Of a stretch of DNA of 64,000 nucleotides, positions 12,927 through 25,560 are shown piece by piece (the stretch's first letter is position 1; the number at the start of each line of letters is the position of its first letter). Position numbers and translations under genes: made by a program. The DNA lies in assembly GCF_006345805.1 (NCBI RefSeq), contig NC_043005.1, forward strand, positions 26,660,001 through 26,724,000. The letters run 5' to 3'. The notes beneath the pieces were generated by a model. It was not told the DNA's origin. It did not search any database and saw only the letters and a program-made list of their open reading frames with translations. This DNA is from Octopus sinensis. Taxonomy: Eukaryota.

Positions 12927-15900
12927 TAGTCTTAGGCATCGGTCGGCCTCGAGAGGCCATGGATCTACGCCTAAAGAAATCATGTCAGCTGCTGATGGTG
13001 ATGTAGCATCTGTTGTGGTTGTAGAGGCCCACACATGAGTAGCAGTCACGCATAAAGCGACTGCATTTGAAGGAGCTCTCTGCCAGGGCTGATGGTTTTT
13101 TTCTTTCCGCCGAGCGCGCTTTTCTTTGATGGTGAGTACCTGTTTTTCTTCCATTCTCTTCATTCTCTTTCGTAGTATTTGCCTCCAGTGTGGGCGACCA
13201 TTTGACATCTCCCCCTTCCCATCTCAGGATGTCCAGATCAAGTGACTTCAAATATCTCTCTTACAGACATCTTGCTCTTGTACCATAACCAATTACCCAT
13301 ACAGGAGGTCTTTTGGGATCCGTCCGTCTGGCATGCGATGAACATGACCGAGCTAGCGCAAACGACGCTATTGGAGCAAGATGTGTAAGCTGGGTATCTT
13401 GGCTCGGTTGAGAACTTCGATGTTGGTGATGTGGTCGGTCCACTTGATGTCCAAGGTGCGTCTTAAATTGCGAAGGTGAAAGATGTTGAGACACCGCTCC
13501 TGTCTAGAGTAGAGGCTTCATGTCCCACTGTCATAAAGTAGCGTACTAAGGACGCACGCCTTATAGGCAACGATTTTGGTGTTTGCAGCCAGTCTTTTGC
13601 TTTTCCAGGCTCCCTTTGTGAACCTGGAAAATGTTGAGGATGCTCCTCCGATTCACCTGTTTATCTCAGGCTCTAGGAAGAGGTCATCAGCGATGGTAGA
13701 GCCGAGATAGAGGAATTTATGGGTCACCTCCAGTTTGTAGTTGTTGATGGTGATGGTGGGGGCGTGCTTGACACTTTGACCCATTACTTGGGTCTTCTTC
13801 AGACTGATAGTCAGGCTGAAATCCTGACAGGCCTTTGAGAGTTTGTCCACGAGGTGCTGCGTTTGCTTTTCAGAGTACGCTGTCGGTGCTTCATCATTCG
13901 CAAACAGCATTTCTCCGACGAGTACCGGACGCACCTTGGATTTTGCTTTCAGCCTCGACAGACTAAACGGTTTGCCACTTGACCTGGTGTGGAGGTAAAC
14001 ACCGTCAGTTGATGACCCTAGTGCATGTTTCAGCATGACTGCAAAGAGGGTTGGAGCAAGCACAGAGCCCTATTTCACGCCGCTACGTATGTTGAATACC
14101 TCCGAAAAGAACCATCAAATTGAACGATGTTTTACATATCCATGTGAAATGGTTGAACAGCCATTGGAGGACAGCCAATCTCGGCAAGGATTTTGAACAG
14201 GCCGTCTCTACTGACTAGGCCAAAAGCTTTTGTGAGGCCGATGAAGGTGATAAAGAGTGGTTGTCTTTGCTCTCGGCACTTTTCCTGTTGCTGTCGGAGA
14301 GAGAAGGTCATGTAGATGGTGGAACGTTTTGCTCTGACACGACACTGAAATTCGGAGTATACTTTCTCAGAGATTTTTCTGTATCCTATTTAGGGTCACT
14401 CGGACAAAGACTTTACGAACGATGCTTAACAGCGAGATGCCTCACTAGTTATTGCAGTCGCTTTTGTCTCCTCTGTTCTTATATAGGGTGATAATGTTGC
14501 AGTCTCTCATGTCTTGCGGTACTAACCTCTCCTCGGCGAGCTGGCAGAAGCGTTAACTGGCCAGGCGAAATGCTTAATGGTACTTCGTCTGCCGCTCGTT
14601 CTGAGTTCAAATTCCGCCGAGGTCGACTTTGCCTTTCATCCTTTCGGGGTCGGTAAATTAAATACCAGTTACGCACTGGGGTTGATGTAATCGACTTAAT
14701 CCGTTTGTCTGTCCTTGTTTGTCCTCTCTGTGTTTAGCCACTTGTGGGTAGTAAAGAAATAGGTACTAACCTCTCCTCTCAACACTGAGACAGTAGCTTC
14801 AGCAAGTGACAAAGTAGAACTCTCCTTGCACATCTAATGATCTCTGGTGCTTTTCCAGTGGGAAAGCCATTAATGTCTCTGCTCAGTTCTTCAGTAGTTG
14901 GCAGTGCATCCAACAACTCCATGACAGGTAGGTGCTCTACGGTGTCTAGCGCACTGTCCGAGATGTGTTTTCTTTGGCATAAAGTTCGGAATAATGTTTC
15001 ACCCATCTCTCCAGCTGCTCTCTTTTATCCTTGATGACTTCTCCTGTCCTGGATTTGAGTAGGGCTATCTTGTTCAGGGTTGGGCCGATGGCTTTCTTGA
15101 TAACTTCATACATTTCACGAATGTTGCCCGTGTCAAATCTGCACATAGTTGTAACCGGCAGTCATTTGCACATTGTCTCATTGTCTTCTTCATGCTGTTC
15201 TTTGCTGGTGTCAGTGCTTGCAGCGTTGCTCTGGTGGGTTGGTGTTTATGCATCAACAGGGCAGCACGCCCCTCCTCCATGTGGGTATTGAATTCTTTCA
15301 CATTCGCCTCAAACCAGTCATGTGTCATTTTCCTCCTTCTCCCAAAGGCCTACAGTGCAGTGCTCTAGATGATGTCGCTGAAAGAGTCCCATCTCTGCTG
15401 AACATTGCCTTCTGGTGGGTCTGCAAGAAGGGAGTTTTCCAGTGTCTTGAGGATTGTATCTGTCTTGGTTGTTGGGTTGCGGTAGTATTGATGCACTGCT
15501 TGCTTGGGGGCTTGGCGCAGTGCATAATTTTTGGTTGGAGTTTGAGATTTCAGCAAACCACGGAGTGGTCTATGTTGCAGTCTGCGCTATGAAAAGATCG
15601 ACCCAGGAGAACATTCCTCAGGTGGTTGCGTCTTGTGATAATCAAACATAACTGGTGCCAGTGCCCTAAGTGAGGGTGACACCAGGAGACCCTGTTTTGA
15701 GCTTTAGCCTGGAAATAGGTGTTGGTGTCACATAGTCCATGGAGCATGCGGAGCTCAAGCAGCCGTTGCCCATTTTCGTTCAAGCTGCCAACCCCGTACC
15801 GACCCAGACACCCCGGCTAGTAGTCGTTGAAGTTGCCAAGGAGCCTCGGCTGTTCACCATTTGGGATTGTCTGTATTTTCCTAAAGAGCTAATCATAGAA

Positions 15901-15980
15901 CTTATACTTGGCATCTTATGAGGAATAGTGGGTTGGAGTATAAGCACTGATAAGGTTGATAGGCCCACCAGAAGTTCATT
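12927..15980 (-). mobile_element. Decayed, 5'-truncated RTE-clade LINE (AP endonuclease + reverse transcriptase), frameshifted
   Basis: ORF 15550-15783 NENGQRLLEL...SWCHPHLGHWHQL...RSFHSADCNIDHSVV (RTE endonuclease); ORF 13653-14063 LAPTLF...MLFAND...FSLTISLKKTQVM...FLYLGS (RT, YADD box decayed); C-terminal FKCSRFMRDCYSCVGLYNH. Confidence 0.92.
14535..14761 (+). mobile_element. SINE family A, long-tail type, inserted in the RTE LINE with 17-bp TSD
   Basis: TSD ggtactaacctctcctc at 14518-14534 and 14762-14778. Confidence 0.95.
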
Positions 15981-17250
15981 ACAAATATCTTAATAAGAAG
16001 AAGAAAGGCAACGCACATCATCTTAACTCTCAAGACAAACCAAAACATGACTCGAATACTTGAAACGGGTTGGACTGCACTAAAGATACCAACGGATTTG
16101 GTGATGGTGTTAACTCAGGTGATGGATAAGCTCTTAAACCCGGGGATTGATACAGCCCCTCTGAAAGGCCTCCACGCAATTTCCGTCCGCCAACTTTCAC
16201 TCACAAGGCTTTGATCGATTGAGATTACGTTAAATTTTGTCCATGATGCAGTACAGTGTGTTTGAATCTGAAACCATTTCTATGCGAACGGAACTTTTTA
16301 ACGGACAAATTAGCATCATAGCTATCTCTATGCCCATAGCCATACCAGCGCTGTTTAGCACCTACAGCCACAACTGAAACCAGTCACATCTCCTTTCTTC
16401 AGCAAAATGAATAAATAGAAACAAACTAAAACAGACATACTTCTTATTAATTGCTGGCAGGGACGCCGTGTCTCGTTATGCAACCATAATATACAACCCA
16501 GTACATTAAGGGCTTATATATGTCAATATTGAATCCTATCAGTGTTAGCAATGCGATTTAATTACTTTTTCTAAAAATTATTTCTACAGATTTTCAATAG
16601 AATTTAGAGCCAGTCCTGAAAGTTACGACGTTTTGCGTACAAATACGTCTATGTAAACAATGCGATCGAAGACAGTAAATGGGTCATAGGTGTATATGCA
16701 TATTTCGGGAGTTCTTGCTCTTTCTCCAGCTCCACATCTCACCCATTAACCATCCATGAACACACTGCTTAAATAACCACTACATTTAGCGGTGTAGCAC
16801 AATTTGATAAACTAATGTTACATATTAAACACATTCTGCAGAGGAAAGTTTTAAAAAATGTAATTGAATCGCACTGCTAACACAGGTGGGGGAACAGTAT
16901 AGACTTATAAAGCCTTTAATGTACTTTGTAGTATATTCTGATTGCATATCGAATTACAGTGTCCCTACCAGCATTTAACACGTACGTACCAACTTAACGG
17001 TGTTTAGCATGTAAAATTGCTCTATCCAATAGTGTTACATCACTAATAAACATTTCGTGGTTATTTAAGCAATGTGTTCGTGGATAGTTAATGGGTGGGA
17101 TGTAGTGGTTAAGAAGGAACAACAACTCTTGAGATATGTATATGCACGGATTACCTAGTTTTCTATCTTCCATCGCTTGTTTACATAAACTTATTCGTTT
17201 ATGAAACGTCGTTACTTTCAATGCTTGCTCTAAGTTCTATAGAATATATT

Positions 17251-17670
17251 CTCTTATTCTTTTACTTGTTTTAGTCATTTGACTGCGGCCATGCTGGAGC
17301 ACTATCTTTAGCCGAAGAAATCGATCCCAGGACTTGTTCTTTGTGAGCCTAGTGCTTATTTCATCGGTCTCTTTTTCCGAACCGCTAAGTTACGAGGACG
17401 TGAACACACCAACATCGGTTGTCAAGCGATGGTTGGTGGTGTGGGTAGGACAATCACAGACACACAAACATATACATATATATATATATATATATATACA
17501 TAGATATACGACGGGCTTCTTTCAGTTTCTGTCTACCAAATTCACTCACAAGGCTTTGGTTGGCGGCGTGACTATAGCAGAACACACTTGTCCAAGATGC
17601 CACGTAGTGGGACCGAACCCGGAACCATGTGGTTGGTAAGCAAGCTTATTACTCCCACAGCTACGCTTGT
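17251..17670 (-). mobile_element. SINE family B
   Basis: Full reverse-complement match to B head, core and tail. Confidence 0.9.
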
Positions 17671-18684
17671 AGTGACCCTACATTTGCCAGGTTCACTAGT
17701 AATGTAGAGATGATTTTTATTAAAGTTATTTCCACAGATTTTTTTATAGACATGCTCCTGTATAATGAATCATCGTGAGCTTGAGCACTCGACAAATGAG
17801 CTTCGCCATACAATATTTCTAAATAATAAAATTATGTCCTTGCATATTATCACCTGAGTATCATTCAATTTTTCGACAATTTTTTTCTCTTTGTCTCTAC
17901 ACCAGCACATTTACAATTCTCTGTAATCACTAAGTGATTCAACGTCAGTGCCAGGTACGGTGAGATGAATGTTTCCGGTGATGATCCCAAATAAGTGTGA
18001 TACTTCCGGTGTTACCATACATTAGTCACCAACTAATATTTAATTTATTTATTTTTCCCTTGGCGTATTTGATCTTACTCGAAGTTTGTTTTAATGTTCG
18101 AAACATTAAAAATGCTTTCAACCACTTAACAATAGAATTACAAATTCTATTTTATCGATCGCTTTGTTATAATTCTTTTACTTTATATCACTACCAGCGT
18201 TACCAGCAATAGCCAAGCTGTTGTATCATCATTACCACAACCGCCATTAGCGGTAACTGCAAAATTATCGAGGTTAACATCTCTCCTGTATAAATTATTT
18301 CGTTATTTCCTTGTTAGTCCAATAGCTTGGGAATTATGCAATGAAAGTGAAAGTTTGTATACTCCAGGATAGAAAACTTTATGTCATTTCTAGGGAATCA
18401 TAAAGTTTAAAGTTAAAAAATAGATTAACATAAAACGTTTGATTGTTTAACCGATGTCGGTTCTAATAGAAAGTATTCCAGCCGTAATGTCCCTGTCTAT
18501 TGCTATTTTTTTCCTTTCAGACTTGCTATAACTAGTAATACGTTTATTCAGTGTAACATTCCTTTTTATTTAAATGGGCTCATAGAGATTTGGTTGCTAT
18601 TGTGCTTGCACTTTAATACGAAGAGCCTTTTGTTACATATTACAGTTCGACTCTCTTCTCAGAAAACCAATATATTCGAGACAG

Positions 18685-19072
18685 TACAATTCTATATTAT
18701 TTACATTATTTACATTTGACGGATATTTGTCCTCATCTTGTTTGTCGTTAACACAACGTTTCGGCTGATATACCTTCGAGCCTTCACAAGGTGTCTCGGG
18801 AAAATTTCGAACCTGGGTTCTCATTCCTAAGGTATTTTTCGATGTTGTTGTTGTTGTTGTTGTTATTATTATTATTATTCAGGTCACTGCTTGTAATCGA
18901 GCTCAGAATCTTAGGGTTAGTAGCCCGCGCTCTTAACCACTACGCCATATGTTCGTGGGCATATGGCGTAGTGGTTTGAAATTTCCCCAAGAAACCTGGA
19001 GGGTATATCAGCCGAAATGTTGTGTTAACAACAAACAAGGCGAGGACAAATATCCGTCAAATGTAAATAATG
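18685..19072. mobile_element. Head-to-head palindromic element: tRNA-like heads at the centre, hammerhead-bearing Penelope-like arms, 14-bp TSD
   Basis: Centre aaccactacgccatatg-ttcgtggg-catatggcgtagtggtt; arms share tacatttgacggatatttgtcctc / gaggacaaatatccgtcaaatgta; direct repeat tatattcgagacag at 18671-18684 and 19073-19086; right arm internally deleted. Confidence 0.75.
18750..18795 (-). ncRNA. Decayed minimal type-I hammerhead ribozyme motif
   Basis: GACAC-CUUGUGA-A-GGCU(C)...(C)AGCC-GAAAC-GUU-GUGUU: stems I and II pair, core has two substitutions versus CUGAUGA. Confidence 0.5.
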
Positions 19073-19109
19073 TATATTCGAGACAGGTTTTTGATAGATT
19101 CCTTCTAAC

Positions 19110-19280
19110 TTTACTTGTTTCAGTCACAAGACCGTGGCCATGCTGGGGCACCGCCTTGAAGAGTTTCAGTCGAACGAGCCAAACCCAACCACAGGACTTA
19201 TTTCAATAACTTGTCCGTATTCAATCGGTCTTGTTTGCAGAACCGCTAAGTTACGGGGGCGTCGACAAACCTACACCTGC
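19110..19280 (-). mobile_element. SINE family B 3' fragment, diverged
   Basis: ttacttgtttcagtca...ccatgctgg...aaccgctaagttacgggg. Confidence 0.7.
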
Positions 19281-19375
19281 AAGTAGTAAATGGAGTGGGA
19301 ACTCACACGCACACGCACACACACACACCAGATATTAAACGGTAAAAGTTCGGGTTACGTCATATATACATACAC

Positions 19376-19424
<49 letters not shown>

Positions 19425-19574
19425 CTCACGCAGACACGGATATGAGTTTAACACGTTTGCTTTAATCTGAAGCTAAGTTAAAAGGAAGTTGACCAACTTA
19501 CCAAGCGGTGGGATCGACTCAGGTCCCTTATGGTTGCGATGGAAACTTCATAAGACTTCAGCCATGACTGTATC

Positions 19575-19718
19575 AATCTCTCTCTCCCCCTTCTCTCTCT
19601 CCCCTTCTCTCTTCTTCTCTCTCTCTCCTCTCTCTCTCTCCCTCTCTTTCCCTCTCTTTCTCTCTCTCTCTCTATCTATCTATCTCTCCCTCCCTCTCTC
19701 TCTCTATCCATCTATCCG

Positions 19719-19791
<73 letters not shown>

Positions 19792-20055
19792 ATGTTTGTC
19801 TGTCTTTCTGTCTGTCTATCTTTCCGTCTATCTATCTGTGTGTCTGTCTATCTCTCTCTATTTGTCTACCTACCTACCTACGTACCTACGTACCTACGTA
19901 CCTACTTACCTACTTATCTACCTATCTACGTATGTATGTATGTATGTATGTATGTATGTATGTATGTATGTAGTATGTATGTATGTATGTATGTATGTAT
20001 GTATGTATGTATGTATGTATGTATGTACGTATCTATCTATCTAGCTAGCTAGCTC
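19575..20055. repeat. Compound (CT)n/(TCTA)n/(CTAC)n/(TATG)n microsatellite
   Basis: Direct reading. Confidence 0.9.
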
Positions 20056-20325
20056 TTAAAACACACACACACACATATATATACATAGATAGTCAAGTTT
20101 CCAAAATTTTCAATATTTTTGGTTAATGGGGATATATAATCCAAGCGGGTATCAAGCGTATACTCTTCCAGTGATTGACAATGCTCATTTGCATACATGA
20201 GATTATGCATTTTCAGTTGGCTGATTTACTTATTACTCGCACATTATCACGCCTCACAATCCAGTTGTCTATGACTGCACAAATAATAAAAGAAAACAAA
20301 TCGGATCTGTTCTCCTTGATCAATA

Positions 20326-20414
20326 TTTCGGTACAATTGTTTCGTACGAAGACAGCTTTATTAAGGCTGCAAATATTGCAGTAATTATAAGTGACCCGTA
20401 CTCATCAGCCGAAA
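20326..20414 (-). ncRNA. Intact type-I hammerhead ribozyme motif
   Basis: Minus strand: UUUCGG CUGAUGA GUACG [48-nt loop] CGUAC GAAAC AAUU GUA CCGAAA. All core nucleotides present; stem I 6 bp, stem II 5 bp, stem III 2 bp with palindrome ACAAUUGU; predicted cut between 20332 and 20331. Activity untested. Confidence 0.85.
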
Positions 20415-21496
20415 AAACATCTGGGTTCTCCAAACATCTAAGGGGGTGGTGTTACACTCCTGAAACATCAGGGATAGTTCTATAAAAATAAGATTTAGGT
20501 AACAAACGGACTTCTAAAAGTTCTTTTAGTGTTGCACAGTCATATAACGGGTTTTAAAAAAATATTTTAAAACACTTACAGTATGCGGTTTTCTGTAACT
20601 ATCGGAATTATTGAGTCTATAAACTGATTGGTTGCTTCTTTCTCTGGAATTGGTCAAATTGATGCGACACCTCTGGTGGGAACCCAATGAAGTTTGAAAA
20701 TTGATTAAGGTTGTTTATAATTTTTTTCAATGTAGAAAGAAGTACTTCAATTTGCCCTGTGTATGTATATGTGTATAAATCCAAAGAAATGGAAGAAGAA
20801 GGTAACAGACAGTAATAAAACAACCGAACAGATAGACGATACAAAGACGGACAGGAAAAAACAAGGACGGGTCATTCGTGACCTTCTCTCCATAGTCAAG
20901 TTTCCAGATTATCCTTACAGTTTTGGCCGGTTGCATTTGAGATTGTTCAAATCTGGCTGGCCCTAAAAAATCTAAGCTAAGAGTATGAAATATTTTGGGA
21001 GAAAGCAAGCGAATGTGTACAACAAAGCCAAAAAAAAAACGGAAAGGAAGTAAAATAAAACGTAGATCATGTTACACAATTTCAAATACAAGCAACAAGA
21101 AAATAACAACAGGTGTCTTTCGACAAAGAGAGGCGAATCAGAGTTGAGCTGGCGTGTGTAGAGAGAAAGCCTTGAGGCAGGAACATAGGAGATGAACATA
21201 AGAGATAAAAGTCATGAGACAGGGAGATAAAGGTTTCGCGGCAGGCAGTCAAGCCATGAAAGAAAGACCATGAAGTGTATATTTGGTATAGAGCAAGAGG
21301 CTAAGGTCAGGTTGAGTGTGAAGTTGGAGTATTTCGAGAGAAGCACTCGAATACTGGTCTATAAACACTGTCGGGATCCAAGCCAAAGCCTGAATACTTC
21401 GGGTGTAGAAAATCCAAGTTTCACGACGATTATAACGGGTTTGGCGAAGAGTAGATAATTCAATGAAAAGAAGAAGCCGAAGAAAATTCTTTAACA

Positions 21497-21930
21497 GGCG
21501 CAGGACGCAGGAGTGGATGTGTGGTAAGTAGCTTGTTTACCAACCATATGGTCCCGGGTTCAGTCCCGCTGCGTGGCACCTTGGGCAAGTGTCTTCTACT
21601 GTAGCCTCGGGCCGACCAAAGCCTTGTGAGTGGATTTGGTAGACGGAAACTGAAAGAAGCCCGTCGTATATATGTATATATATATATGTGTGTGTGCGTG
21701 TATGTTTGTGTGTTTGTGTTTGTCCCATCCAACATCGCTTGAGAACCGATGCTGGTGTGTTTATGTCCCCGTCACTTAGCGGTTCGGAAAAAGAGACCGA
21801 TAGAATAAGTACTTGGCTTATAAAGAATAAGTCCCGGGGTCGAGCTGCTCGATTAAAAGGCGGTGCTCCAGCATGGCCGCAGTCAAATGACTGAAACAAG
21901 TAAAAGAGTAAAAGAGTAAAAGAGAGAGTA
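21497..21930 (+). mobile_element. SINE family B, near full length
   Basis: Head, core, internal microsatellite and (GTAAAAGA)n tail. Confidence 0.92.
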
Positions 21931-22000
21931 ACACATCTTTAATTATAGGTTACGAATGCTTCCGTACCAACTCCATTTGCAGCGCCAGTTTACGTGATAA

Positions 22001-22400
22001 TCTTTATATATAAAAGAGAAGTTGTGTGTCTGTCTCCTACGATTTAGTTTCCTAACTACTCCCACATTTTACGGTGCAGTTTAAACAAAACCGGGTATCT
22101 TATAGTCGTGATTCATATCGAACCCTTCTGGGTATTAGCGCGCGTCTACGATGAGTCTACGATTAAAAAAAAAATTACCATCATTTTTTTCCCATTTTAA
22201 TGCATTTTTTCGCTATTATATAAGGTAAGTAACTCTCTAAAAATGTCTACGATGAGTCAACGATTTAAAAAAAAAATTACCATCATTTGTTTTTCATTTT
22301 TAATGCATTTTTTTTTTGCTATTTTTTGGCTATAACTCTCTAAAATGCTTATATAGTTATTTTCCTTACAAACCCGAGCAACGCCGGGCGATACTGCTAG
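22001..22400 (+). mobile_element. Non-autonomous Helitron
   Basis: A|TCTTTATATATAAAAG start; cccgagcaacgccgggcgatactgCTAG|T end; internal ~100-bp tandem duplication; 3' part shared with 5421-5804. Confidence 0.8.
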
Positions 22401-22807
22401 TTGTAAATAAAAAATCACGTAATGTTTCCAGTTTTAAACTCTGGAGAGGCACCTTATCAGACTTGCATCAAAGGTGTGCTAAAACATTGTGCACAATGTA
22501 ATATTCGTATAATACGAAACTGTCACGTACTGGGATTGAACCCGGTTGCATGTGGTTAGGAAGCAAACTTCTTACCACATTGCCAACCTTGAGCCTAAAC
22601 ATATATAGGCTGCATGATCCAAACAGGAAAATAGAACTGAAAACGTGAGTATACGTACGTTTTTTTTAATCAATAATCAGCAGAAATTACAAGTTGTTCA
22701 GCGCACTTAATTCTCGGCCTCTGAGTCACTGGGATTTCTGCCGATTATTAATAATAAAAAAAACCTGTGTACCTACCTACCTACCTACCTACCTATTTAC
22801 CTACCTA

Positions 22808-22847
<40 letters not shown>

Positions 22848-23640
22848 CACACACACACACGTTTATATGTTTGTATGTATATATATATATATATATTATA
22901 TAATATATATATACACACACACATACACAAACATGCATACTTGTGTGTGTGTTTGTGTGCGTGCTTGCGTACGTGTGTGTGTGTGTGTGTGTGTGTGCGT
23001 GCTTGCGTATGTATGTATGTATGTATGTATGTATGTATGTATGTATGTGCGTGTGTATGTGTGTGAGTGTACTTTAATCCCCAAAATCTCGTGAGTCATT
23101 TCACCAAACAATATTGAATCACGCCCGAATGATCACTGTTTTCATAGTTTTTATTTAAACAAACAAGTCATCAATAACACTCGTATAACAAGAAAAGGTC
23201 TGATCCCGTGGGCACGAAAGGCGGGGAGCTGTGAAGTGTTGAGAAAGGAAATCTCTTGGAAGAAACGTGGCTTTATGTAGATATAGACATATGGTTTACC
23301 CACACCACTATCTACATTAATAACGAGAACAAATATTTAGAATTCAGTTCTCTTTGGAAGAATCGGAACGTATTCTAGTTAAATATTCGTTAGAGTTATT
23401 TATTGAAAGTTTTATCAGAAAGTAATAAATTAATTATGTTAGTTTGAATACGATACTTCTACTTCGTCTATGATCTGAAATATAAATTGGTGCGGGGAGG
23501 ACATTTACATAGCACTAATGTTAAGTTCTGGGTCTAAAAAAGCAAAGAGAAAGAGATAGATAGATAGATAGATAGATACATAGATAGATAGATAGGTAGG
23601 TAGATGCATATATATATATATATATGTGTAATTATATATA

Positions 23641-23689
<49 letters not shown>

Positions 23690-24204
23690 CATATAAATAA
23701 ATACCATACATATATATATATCTTATATATATATAATTATATATATTATATATTATATATGTATATATGCATCTTTCTTTCTTCTCCTAATTTGTTGTTT
23801 CTTTCTCGCCGTTGTAGCTGGAACAAGGAAGACGTGTTCTTGTCTGTCTCCTGTCCAAGCTTTATTTACGCGTTCGCCACCACAACCTCGTTTAGGCTTA
23901 GCAGCCCTTCCTATTTGTTTTCGCTATCCTGTTTGTGTAACTAATTTTGACCCTCCGCAAAAATCCCAAATTTTGTTTAATTTGCTTTGCGGGAGCAACT
24001 GTTTTATCGAAAGCGTATATTGTTGTTAAATGCTCGAAATGCCAGAGTAGAAAAACAGCCAACAACTGATGAAGGTTCGTTCTTTATGTTGTTTGTCTTG
24101 TTTTCCATTTGTGTCTTTCGTTGTTCGAAAAAATAGTTCATATTCCATGTACTCGTACTTCGTACCTTTATGTTGTACACGTTTCGTGACGTCCTTGTGC
24201 CCAC

Positions 24205-24210
24205 AAATGG

Positions 24211-24295
<85 letters not shown>

Positions 24296-24297
24296 TA

Positions 24298-24347
<50 letters not shown>

Positions 24348-24378
24348 AGACGTATAGATGTATGTACATATACGTATG

Positions 24379-24411
<33 letters not shown>

Positions 24412-24490
24412 ATATATATGTATATATATATATAGATATATTATAATATTTATTATATATAAGATACGTATAGATGTATGTACATATACG

Positions 24491-24525
<35 letters not shown>

Positions 24526-24580
24526 ATATGTAATATATTATCTATATTATATATTATGTTATATATATACATATATATAC
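24205..24580. repeat. (TA)n-rich microsatellite block
   Basis: Direct reading. Confidence 0.9.
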
Positions 24581-24589
24581 ATCTACCGA

Positions 24590-24910
24590 TATGGGGAACT
24601 TGTTAGTGGAAAGAGACTCCGGCAGAAACCAAGGCTGCGATTTAAGGACTGTGTCAAGTCCTCATTAAAGGCCTGTGATATGCAGAAGACCGACTGGGAG
24701 AGCAATGCCTGTCATCGCCACAGATGGAGGAAGCAGGTTAAGGTGGCGGTTGACATCTATGAAAAAGTACGTATTGTTCATGAAGAATTTAAGCGTGTTG
24801 CGTAATGAATAGGGAAAGCTTGGTTTGCAATGTCTGCAGTCGTGTATGCTTGTCAAGAGCCGGGCTCATTAGCCACCAAGGGAGCCGCAAATGCAAAATA
24901 TATGTTAGTC
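24590..24910 (+). mobile_element. RTE-clade LINE 3' fragment
   Basis: Translates YGELVSGKRLRQKPRLRFKDCVKSSLKACDM...WESNACHRHRWR, the typical RTE ORF C-terminal region. Confidence 0.8.
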
Positions 24911-25198
24911 CTAGAGCGCAGAGTGTTCCTAAAAGTCAGCAATGGTCTATCTATCTATCTAGATAAAGAGAGAGAGAAAGAGAAAGAGAGAGAGAGAGAG
25001 AAAGAGAGAAAGAGAGAGAGTTTATAAGATAAAGTGACACATATATGTATGCATCTGGATGGCCTGATGTACTTTGTGTCCGCATTTGCACATTCGATAA
25101 ATCTCATCAGTACTAATCAGAATGTTGGAGATGTCTGTGAAGGTTTGTTCTCGCTAGATAAGGTTGGGCTTGTGTTTGTAATACTGGTCGTGTCTAAA

Positions 25199-25560
25199 GC
25201 GGCGAGCTGGCAGAATCGTTAGAACGCCGGGCGAAATGCTTAGCGGTATTTCGTCTGTCTTTACGTTGTGAGTTCAAATTCCGCCGAGGTCGACTTTGCC
25301 TTTCATCCTTTCGGGGTCGATAAATTAAGTACCAGTTACGCACTGGGGTCGATGTAATCGACTTAATACCTATGTCTGTCCTTGTTTGTCCCCTCTGTGT
25401 TTAGCCCTTTGTGGGTAATAAAGAAATAGGTATTTCGTCTGTCTTTACGTTCTGAGTTCGAATTCCACCCACGTCGACTTTGCTTTCATACTTGGGGGGG
25501 GGGGGCGATAAATTAAGTACCAGTTGCATACTGGGGTCGATCTAATCGACTGGCTTTCCC
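25199..25560 (+). mobile_element. Nested SINE A: long-tail copy inserted inside a short-tail copy
   Basis: Tail gtgggtaataaagaaata is followed at 25429 by ggtatttcgtctgtctttacgtt, resuming the host body. Confidence 0.85.

Noticed and set aside
17880-17960. Strong polypyrimidine acceptor and GT donor suggesting a 49-nt exon
   Set aside because: Stops in all three frames; no other support.
18890-18976. tRNA genes here and at the SINE heads (5230, 7200, 40700)
   Set aside because: Only A/B-box-like remnants; no complete cloverleaf or acceptor stem, and all continue into repeat bodies.
20860-21420. Possible L2/CR1 RT remnant on the minus strand
   Set aside because: Only vague resemblance; no diagnostic motif intact.
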